From an uncultured Aquificales bacterium (lineage in GTDB: Bacteria > Thermosulfidibacterota > Thermosulfidibacteria > Thermosulfidibacterales > Thermosulfidibacteraceae), in assembly GCA_964453345.1 (NCBI GenBank), contig CAYVOC010000012.1, positions 5,013-37,597 on the forward strand: DNA of 32,585 bases. Direction: 5' to 3'. Numbering within the stretch: the stretch's first letter is position 1; every line of letters begins with the position of its first letter. Shown piece by piece: positions 10,337-17,277 of this stretch. The notes below the pieces were generated by a model. It made no database searches, had not been told where the DNA came from, and saw nothing but the letters and a program-made list of their open reading frames with translations. A program made the translations under genes and the position numbers.

Positions 10337-10357
10337 AGAGAGCATGGGTAATCTCAA
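10329..10357 (-). promoter_or_regulatory. Sigma70-type promoter for comF-rsmE
   Basis: Minus strand reads TTGAGA (10357-10352), 17 nt, TATAAT (10334-10329), then 10 nt to the ATG at 10318. Confidence 0.7.
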
Positions 10358-11402
10358 ACCTGCATACAGAATTGACAGAGACTACTATTACAACTACGAT
10401 CAGGGACCTTTCTTTGAGGGGGAGTTTGTTGAGTCCCTTCCCAAAAGTCCCGTGGAGATCTTTGGCGGGATCATTGACTACCCCATAGGGGTTCCGGCGG
10501 GGCTTTTGTTGAACGGAAGATGGGTTGAGCTATACGCCAAGCTGGGCTTCTGTCTGCTTGTTTATAAGACCGTCAGAAGCAGGCCCCATCCCTGCCATCC
10601 CTTCCCCAACTGTCTCTTTGTGAAGGCCGACATGTTTGATCCTGAGAGAATTCCGGAGGTCATCACCGTATCCGATTCTCCCTATCCGGATGAGAAGAGG
10701 GTTACCATAACCAACTCCTTCGGCATGCCTTCGGCATCCCCCGAAGAATGGCAGGAGGATATGGAGAGGACTAAGGCGAGGCTCCCTGAGGGGGCCATGC
10801 TGGTGGGGTCCGGCGTTGGGACCTACGAGGGCACTTCCTGGGAGCTGGTGAGGGATTTTGTGAGGGTTGCCTCCATGCTGAGGGAGGTGGGGGTTGCGGC
10901 GATTGAGCTGAACTTCTCCTGCCCCAATGTGGGAAAGGGAGAGGGGGCGATATATAGGGATCCGGAGTTCTCCGCCGAGATACTGGCTGCGGTCAGGAAG
11001 GCGGTGAGGGATGTTCCCCTTGTGGTTAAGATTGGACTTTTGCTGGGCAGGGAGCTTGAGGAGTTTGTGTCAAAGTGCGCCTTCTTCCTGGAAGGCATTT
11101 CCGGGTTGAACTCCATACAGATGAGGGTGGTTGACGAATTCGGAAGACCCGCCCTTGGAGAGGGCAGGGAAAGAAGCGGTGTTTGCGGCTGGGCCCTTGG
11201 AAGGTGCTCGGAGGTTTTTGTCAGGCAGCTTGCGGAGCTAAGGGAGAGGCTCAAGGCCGATTTTTCCATCCTTGCCTGCGGGGGAGTGGTTGACAGGGAG
11301 AGCTTTTTAAGACTCAAGGAGGCCGGTGCGGATGTGGTTATGAGCTGCACCGGCGCCATGTTTAATCCCTATCTGGCGAAAGAGGTAAGATCCCTTGGAT
11401 AG
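10344..11402 (+). CDS. Dihydroorotate dehydrogenase-like FMN TIM-barrel oxidoreductase (divergent class-1-like)
   Basis: PIGVPAG, YKTVRS, ITNSFGMPS, ELNFSCPN (class-1 catalytic Cys loop), PLVVKI, SGVCG, ILACGGV, GADVV..CTG. ATG 10344 is preferred because a start at 10197 would overlap comF. Confidence 0.75.
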   Translation: MGNLKPAYRIDRDYYYNYDQGPFFEGEFVESLPKSPVEIFGGIIDYPIGVPAGLLLNGRWVELYAKLGFCLLVYKTVRSRPHPCHPFPNCLFVKADMFDPERIPEVITVSDSPYPDEKRVTITNSFGMPSASPEEWQEDMERTKARLPEGAMLVGSGVGTYEGTSWELVRDFVRVASMLREVGVAAIELNFSCPNVGKGEGAIYRDPEFSAEILAAVRKAVRDVPLVVKIGLLLGRELEEFVSKCAFFLEGISGLNSIQMRVVDEFGRPALGEGRERSGVCGWALGRCSEVFVRQLAELRERLKADFSILACGGVVDRESFLRLKEAGADVVMSCTGAMFNPYLAKEVRSLG

Positions 11403-12438
11403 GGTAAGGAGCCTTATTGAGAGGGCCGACAGGGGAGAATTTACCAAGGATGATCTTGCCCTCTTTTCTGAGGCCACCAGAAGGGCTTTGAAGTATATGC
11501 TTGATAGAAATATCCCCATAACGCCCAAGAACTTTGAGATCTGGTTCATGGTGTTTTTGTATCTTCTCTTGCACGATCCCGATGGGTCTGTGGAGGAAGC
11601 CTACAAAAGGGTGAAGAAGTATCTTGATGAGGAGGACCTCAGGGCGGAGAATCTGAGAAAGAAGGCGGAGGCGGTTCTTGACATATCTTCCAGAAAGATA
11701 GGCTCTCTGCTGGATTCCATAGAGGAGCACGACGATATAATAGATGCGCAGCTTAAGCTTCTTAAGACGATAGAGCACACCGGACTGGGATCTGTCATCG
11801 ACACCCTGCTGTCCCACATAGAGAGGTTGAGGAAGCTGAACGAGAGGTTGAAGAGGGAGCTTGTGGAGGCGAGGGAGACCATAGAGAACCTGAAGAAGAG
11901 GCTTTATGAGACGGTGAAGAAGGCAAACACGGATCCGCTTACGGGCCTTTACAACAGGGGGTATCTTGAGGAGGATCTGAGAAAGCGGATCAGACGGTTC
12001 GATTCTAAAGGGGAAATCTTTTCGGTGGTTATGCTGGATGTGGATAACTTTAAGCGCGTTAACGATGTTTACGGGCATCTGGCCGGGGATCAGGTGCTGG
12101 TTACGATTGCAAGCATATTGAGGGGGGATCTGAGAATAGACGATCTTGCCGCAAGATACGGGGGTGAGGAGTTTGTGGTGGTCTTGAGTCGTCTTGACCT
12201 TAACGGCGCCACCAAGGTGGCCAACCGGCTGAGGGAGAGGATCGAGAGCACCCCTATCATCTGGGGCGAGGATATAATAAGGGTTACCGCGAGCTTCGGC
12301 GTTGCCCAGGTTAAGGAGGGGGATACCCCCAAGAGCCTTCTGGACAGGGCTGATAAAGCCCTCTATCTTGCCAAGTCGGACGGCAAAAACTGTGTGAGAA
12401 GCGAGAGGGATGTTCTTGTGAGGGAAGGGGATAGATGA
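11395..12438 (+). CDS. Cytoplasmic diguanylate cyclase (GGDEF)
   Basis: DPLTGLYNR, DVDNFKRVNDVYGHLAGD, RIDD I-site followed by ARYGGEEF, ADKALYLAK..GKN; coiled coil upstream; no obvious TM segments. Confidence 0.95.
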   Translation: MDRVRSLIERADRGEFTKDDLALFSEATRRALKYMLDRNIPITPKNFEIWFMVFLYLLLHDPDGSVEEAYKRVKKYLDEEDLRAENLRKKAEAVLDISSRKIGSLLDSIEEHDDIIDAQLKLLKTIEHTGLGSVIDTLLSHIERLRKLNERLKRELVEARETIENLKKRLYETVKKANTDPLTGLYNRGYLEEDLRKRIRRFDSKGEIFSVVMLDVDNFKRVNDVYGHLAGDQVLVTIASILRGDLRIDDLAARYGGEEFVVVLSRLDLNGATKVANRLRERIESTPIIWGEDIIRVTASFGVAQVKEGDTPKSLLDRADKALYLAKSDGKNCVRSERDVLVREGDR

Positions 12439-13703
12439 GGGTTTTCGTGGAGCCTGCGAGGAAGGGATTTGTCAGAAGACTAAGGGTTCCCTCTGATAAG
12501 TCCATCACGCATCGGGCCTTTATGCTTGCCGCTGTGGCCAAAGGGACTTCTGTTGTTCAGAATCCGCTGATGTCTGAGGATTGCAAGAGCACCATCGCCT
12601 GTCTGGAAAGGTGCGGTGTGGGGTTTGAGGTTGATGGCGATCTGGTGAGGGTGAAGGGGGGGAGAATAGAGGAGCCGGTGGATGTGCTTCATGCGGGCAA
12701 CTCCGGAACCACCGCAAGGCTCCTCATGGGGCTTCTGTCGGGATACCCCATATTTTTCGTTCTGAGTGGAGACGATTCCCTCAAAAAGAGGCCCATGGGT
12801 AGGGTTGCGGAGCCTCTTTCCCTTATGGGAGCGAGGATAATGGGAAGGGCCGGAAATTCCCTGCTTCCCATGGCCCTGAAGGGAGGGGATCTTAGGGGGA
12901 TAGAGTATGGAACGAAGGTGGCAAGCGCCCAGGTGAAGTCCGCCATTCTTCTGGCGGGTCTCAGGGCTGAGGGGGAGACGGTGGTTGTTGAGCCTTCCAA
13001 GAGCAGGGATCACACGGAGAGGATGCTGAAGGCGCTGGGGGTGGATCTTGAGGTGGAGGGCTGCAGGGTTAGGGTGAGGCCTTCCGAGGTTCCCCCCTTT
13101 AGCTTGAGGGTTCCCGGGGATCCTTCCTCTGCCGCCTTCTGGATCGCTGCGGCGGTGTTGATACCTGGAAGCGAGGTTGTGGTGGAGGAGGTTCTGCTTA
13201 ATCCCACAAGAATTGGCTTCTTTGAGGTTCTGAGGAGGATGGGCGCCGAGGTGGAGTGGGAGGTGGCTGAAGAGAGGCTGGGGGAGCCTGTGGGAGTTGT
13301 CAGGGCACGCTATACTCCCGAACTGAGGCCCGTTGAGATCGGTGGGGCTGAGCTTCCCACCCTTATAGACGAGGTGCCCCTTCTTGCTCTGGTCGCCTCT
13401 AAGGCCTCGGGAACAACCCGCATAACCGAGGCTCGGGAGCTGAGGGTCAAGGAGAGCGATCGGATTTCTGCGACCGTTGAGGAGCTATCAAGGATCGGGG
13501 TCTCCATAGAGGAGCTTGAGGACGGCATGGTTGTCAGAGGCCCGAGCAGGATAACGGGGGGATCATGCAAGAGCCACGGCGATCACAGGATAGCCATGAT
13601 GCTTGCCATAGCCGGGCTTGCCTCGGAAAGGGGAGTTGAGATAGAGGGGGCCGAGTGGGTTTCCATCTCCTATCCCGGCTTCTTTGAGGTGCTCGGACCT
13701 TGA
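12435..13703 (+). CDS. aroA: 3-phosphoshikimate 1-carboxyvinyltransferase (EPSP synthase, class II-like)
   Basis: DKSITHRA, GNSGTTARL, RPMGRV, ASAQVKSA, SRDHTERML, LRVKESDRI, DHRIAM, SYPGFF. Confidence 0.98.
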   Translation: MRVFVEPARKGFVRRLRVPSDKSITHRAFMLAAVAKGTSVVQNPLMSEDCKSTIACLERCGVGFEVDGDLVRVKGGRIEEPVDVLHAGNSGTTARLLMGLLSGYPIFFVLSGDDSLKKRPMGRVAEPLSLMGARIMGRAGNSLLPMALKGGDLRGIEYGTKVASAQVKSAILLAGLRAEGETVVVEPSKSRDHTERMLKALGVDLEVEGCRVRVRPSEVPPFSLRVPGDPSSAAFWIAAAVLIPGSEVVVEEVLLNPTRIGFFEVLRRMGAEVEWEVAEERLGEPVGVVRARYTPELRPVEIGGAELPTLIDEVPLLALVASKASGTTRITEARELRVKESDRISATVEELSRIGVSIEELEDGMVVRGPSRITGGSCKSHGDHRIAMMLAIAGLASERGVEIEGAEWVSISYPGFFEVLGP

Positions 13704-15796
13704 GGATGTTCTCCTTCCTTGAGACGGATGTCCAGTATCTCAAGGGAGTGGGACCGGCCAGGGCCAAGGCCCTCAAAAAAGCAGGCGTCAAGAAGGTGGA
13801 GGATCTTTTATACTTCTTCCCTCGGGATTACGAAGACAGGCGCAATATCAAAAAGATAGCCCAGTTGAGGCCGGGGGAGCGGGCTGTATTTATCGGAGAA
13901 GTCTGGTCCTCCGGCGTGGTGTCAAAAAGGACGGATATCTTTGAAGTTGTATTCAGGGACGAAACGGGAATCGTAAAGGGCAAGTGGTTCCACTTTAAAA
14001 GGAAATCCTTCGAGGAGAGGTTCGCCCCTGGAAGGAAGTTTCTCGTTGTGGGGGATGTGAAATACAACAGGTTTGAGCGCTGTTTGGAGGTGGTTCATCC
14101 GGAGACCAGGGACTACGAACTCGTGGATCTGGAGGAGTTTAAGCGTGTCGTTCCCATCTACCCTTCTGTTGAGGGGATGGGGCAGAAAACCCTTGAGAAG
14201 ATAGTCGCCACAGCCATTTCAAGGTTTGAGGAGGTTTACCAGGAGTATATCCCCCCTCTCGTCTTAGAGGGCGCCGGGCTGGTTTCTCTGCCTGAGGCCT
14301 TTGAGATTGTCCACATGGCCAAGGACGATGTGGGCAGACTCAAGGAAAGGAGGAGCAAGGGGCACATAAGACTTATCTTTGAGGAGTTTTTTCTGGTTCA
14401 GGTCGCCCTGGCCATGAAGAGGGAGGGGGTTAAGCGTCAGAAGGGAATAGCCTTCAATACAGAATCCGAAAGGTTAAAGAAGTTTTTGGATTCCCTTCCC
14501 TTTGAGCTGACCGGCGCTCAAAGGAGGGTGCTTTCGGAGATCCTTCAGGACATGGCCAAACCTGAGCCTATGAACAGGCTCATTCAGGGGGATGTGGGAT
14601 CGGGAAAAACGGTGGTGGCTTTGGCCGCCTGTATGGTTGCGGTGGACAACGGGTATCAGGTCGCCTTTATGGCTCCCACAGAGATACTTGCGGAGCAGCA
14701 TTACAGGACCGTCAGCTCCCTGGCCAAGGGGCTTGCGAGGGTGGCCCTCTTGACCTCATCCACCCCAAGGGGCGAGAGGGAGCTGATTCTCAGGGGCATT
14801 GCCAACGGCACCATAGAGATACTTGTGGGGACCCATGCCCTTATTCAGGAGGGGGTGAGGTTCAAAAGACTGGGGCTTGCGATTATAGACGAGCAGCACA
14901 GGTTCGGGGTTGAGCAGAGGAAGATGTTGAGGGAGAAGGGGGAAAACTGCGATCTTCTGGTTATGACGGCCACCCCCATACCGAGAACCCTCGCCCTCAC
15001 CGTCTATGGGGATCTGGATGTTTCTGTGATAGATGAGCTGCCTGCAGGAAGAAAACCGGTTATAACCAGGGTGATAACGCCGAAGGACAGGCAGAAGGCC
15101 TACGCCTTTATAGAGAAGCAGCTTGAGAAGGGAAGACAGGCCTACATAGTCTTCCCGCTGATAGAGGAATCGGAAAGGATGAACCTGCCGTCGGTTCTTG
15201 AAATGTATCCCAAGCTGCAGGAACGCTTCAAGAGGTTCGGGGTTGGCCTTCTGCACGGGCGCATGAACGGTCAGGAGAAGGAAAGGGTTATGGAGGCCTT
15301 TAAACGGGGAGATATAAAGGTGCTTGTGTCCACCACGGTTATTGAGGTGGGCATAGATGTTCCCAATGCGACTGTTATGCTGATAGAGGGGGCGGAGCGC
15401 TTTGGCCTGTCTCAGCTTCATCAGCTCAGGGGCAGGGTGGGCAGGGGTCCTTATAAATCCTACTGCCTTCTGATGATAAGTTCCGAAAGGGTCAGCCCTG
15501 CAAGTTATTACAGACTGAAGGTGCTGGAGGAGACCACCGACGGCTTTAAAATAGCCGAGGAGGATTTGAAGCTCAGAGGACCCGGGGAGCTGCTCGGGGT
15601 CAAGCAGTCCGGGGTTGCGGACTTCAGAGTGGCGGATCTCTTGAAGGACAGGGAGATCCTTGAGAGTGCAAGGGACTGGGCGGTGCGGCTTGTAAAGGAA
15701 GATCCCCTCCTCATGAAACCCGAAAACAGGCTTCTCTATCTGGTTATGGAAAAAAAGGGGATATTCAAGAGACTTGCCTACACCAGAGCCGGGTAA
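13700..15796 (+). CDS. recG: ATP-dependent DNA helicase RecG
   Basis: LKGVGP, QGDVGSGKT, MAPTEILAEQH, IIDEQHRFGVEQR, MTATPIPRTL, QLHQLRGRVGRG, DGFKIAEEDLKLRGPGE. Confidence 0.98.
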   Translation: MRMFSFLETDVQYLKGVGPARAKALKKAGVKKVEDLLYFFPRDYEDRRNIKKIAQLRPGERAVFIGEVWSSGVVSKRTDIFEVVFRDETGIVKGKWFHFKRKSFEERFAPGRKFLVVGDVKYNRFERCLEVVHPETRDYELVDLEEFKRVVPIYPSVEGMGQKTLEKIVATAISRFEEVYQEYIPPLVLEGAGLVSLPEAFEIVHMAKDDVGRLKERRSKGHIRLIFEEFFLVQVALAMKREGVKRQKGIAFNTESERLKKFLDSLPFELTGAQRRVLSEILQDMAKPEPMNRLIQGDVGSGKTVVALAACMVAVDNGYQVAFMAPTEILAEQHYRTVSSLAKGLARVALLTSSTPRGERELILRGIANGTIEILVGTHALIQEGVRFKRLGLAIIDEQHRFGVEQRKMLREKGENCDLLVMTATPIPRTLALTVYGDLDVSVIDELPAGRKPVITRVITPKDRQKAYAFIEKQLEKGRQAYIVFPLIEESERMNLPSVLEMYPKLQERFKRFGVGLLHGRMNGQEKERVMEAFKRGDIKVLVSTTVIEVGIDVPNATVMLIEGAERFGLSQLHQLRGRVGRGPYKSYCLLMISSERVSPASYYRLKVLEETTDGFKIAEEDLKLRGPGELLGVKQSGVADFRVADLLKDREILESARDWAVRLVKEDPLLMKPENRLLYLVMEKKGIFKRLAYTRAG

Positions 15797-15808
15797 TATG
15801 ATAATTAC
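15774..15808 (+). promoter_or_regulatory. Putative sigma70 promoter of the cytochrome gene with an overlapping inverted repeat
   Basis: TTGCCT (15774-15779), 17 nt, TATGAT (15797-15802); GTAAT-N6-ATTAC at 15793-15808 spans the -10. Confidence 0.45.
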
Positions 15809-15839
15809 AGGATTGAAATCTTTCCAAAGGAGGTGGGGT

Positions 15840-17165
15840 ATGGGAAGGGTGTTGTCTGTTCTTATATTGGTGTTGGCTCTCTTTGGGGTCTCCTTTGGGG
15901 CCGAGATGGGCAAGTTTAAGTATTCGGATTTTAAAAAGCCCGAAAGATGCGGAGCCTGTCACAAGCAGATCTACTCCGAGTGGAAGCAGAGCCTTATGGC
16001 CAAGTCCTTCGTGCACGCCTGGGATGATGTGGAGTATTTCAAGCTTGCTTTGCCCCATGCCCAGAAGTTTGAGAAGGTTGCAGGTGTTAAGGCCGGCTGC
16101 ATAGCCTGTCATAGCCCTTTAGCCTTTTTGACGGGGGATATCCCGCCCAAAAGGCCCTCTGCCGGAACCAGGGCCAATGAGGGAGTGAGCTGTGAGGTGT
16201 GTCACAGCATAACGGGGACCGAAAAGGATGTGCCCTTCAACTTCAGCTTCACTGTTAAGCCGGGGCGTGTGAAGCAGGCTCCCAGAAAGGGTGTTCGGGC
16301 ACCCCACGGCGTTGAGTATAATCCCTTTTTGAAGAAGCCTGAGTTCTGCGCCACCTGTCATGACGAGGCGAGTCCCTACGGTGCCTGGGTGAAGAGCACC
16401 TACAGGGAGTGGAAGGAGGGGCCCTACGCCAAGGAGGGGATAACCTGCCAGGACTGCCACATGCCCAAGGGACCGGGATATGTTACCAAGAGAAACTACA
16501 GGGAGGACATGGCCCACCATCTCTTTCTGGGCGCTCACTCTGAGGCCAAGCTCAAGGGTGCGGTTGATGTCAGCCTGATAGTGCCCAAAAAGAGTGTCAA
16601 GCCCGGTTCCGAGCTGAACTTCAAGGTGGCGCTCTTCAACCAGAAGGTGGGCCACTACATCCCCTCGGGATCCTCCGAGGAGAGGATGCTCTGGTTAGAG
16701 GTTTGGGTTGTGGACGCCAAGGGGAGAAGGTGGCATGTTCCCGTTAAAAGGAAGGGCTTTAGGGGTGAGGAGTATACCATAGCTGATCCCAAGGCCTACG
16801 CCTATCAGGCCATGGGTGAAATAATGGGCATAAAGGGCTTTAAGGGTGTTAAAAGGGACGGCGATGTTCCCGCAGGAGCCAGAATCTTCAGAAGACCCTT
16901 CTTCGATCCCAAGGGACGCATGACCATCTGCCAGTGGTTCACCAAGAACAACACCTTAGTGGACTACAGGATTGGACCGAGGCAGACGGTTGTTGAGTCC
17001 TATAGCTTCAGGCTTCCGAAGGATGTGAAGGGTCCCGTTAAAATAGTGGCCAGGCTCTACTACTCCCTTGTTCCTTCCTCTGTGGGCAAGTTCCTGAGAC
17101 TTCCCGAAAGCGAATACAGCCCTATTCTGGTCAATGAGGATGTTGTGGAGGTGAGGGTGAAGTAA
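15840..17165 (+). CDS. Secreted pentaheme c-type cytochrome (c554-like multiheme domain + beta-rich C-terminal domain)
   Basis: Signal peptide MGRVLSVLILVLALFGVSFGA; five CxxCH motifs (CGACH, CIACH, CEVCH, CATCH, CQDCH); AGGAGG SD before ATG 15840. Confidence 0.9.
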   Translation: MGRVLSVLILVLALFGVSFGAEMGKFKYSDFKKPERCGACHKQIYSEWKQSLMAKSFVHAWDDVEYFKLALPHAQKFEKVAGVKAGCIACHSPLAFLTGDIPPKRPSAGTRANEGVSCEVCHSITGTEKDVPFNFSFTVKPGRVKQAPRKGVRAPHGVEYNPFLKKPEFCATCHDEASPYGAWVKSTYREWKEGPYAKEGITCQDCHMPKGPGYVTKRNYREDMAHHLFLGAHSEAKLKGAVDVSLIVPKKSVKPGSELNFKVALFNQKVGHYIPSGSSEERMLWLEVWVVDAKGRRWHVPVKRKGFRGEEYTIADPKAYAYQAMGEIMGIKGFKGVKRDGDVPAGARIFRRPFFDPKGRMTICQWFTKNNTLVDYRIGPRQTVVESYSFRLPKDVKGPVKIVARLYYSLVPSSVGKFLRLPESEYSPILVNEDVVEVRVK

Positions 17166-17204
17166 CACCCTCTTTTGTTGAACAGAGTTTAACAAGTTGA
17201 TTAG

Positions 17205-17232
17205 GGCCCGACTTTAAGTCGGGCCTTTTTTT
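17205..17232 (+). terminator. Rho-independent terminator after the cytochrome gene
   Basis: GGCCCGACT-TTA-AGTCGGGCC perfect 9-bp stem followed by T7. Confidence 0.9.
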
Positions 17233-17233
17233 A

Positions 17234-17242
17234 TGGTATAAA
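17234..17242 (+). promoter_or_regulatory. Putative extended -10 promoter for the envelope gene pair
   Basis: TG-G-TATAAA immediately after the terminator, about 35 nt upstream of GGAGGGAGGAC-ATG (17278). Confidence 0.45.
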
Positions 17243-17277
17243 GTGCCCTGTAGAATTCGTGTGGCTGGAGGGAGGAC

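Noticed and set aside
10197-10343. N-terminal extensions given by the ORF track (also 556-618, 4345-4368, 15774-15839, 27688-27702)
   Set aside because: They overlap neighbouring genes; downstream ATGs have better SD or promoter context and match family N-termini
14756-15913. 385-aa minus-strand ORF
   Set aside because: Antisense to recG; Leu/Pro/His-rich composition expected from the reverse complement of GAG/AAG/GTG-rich codons
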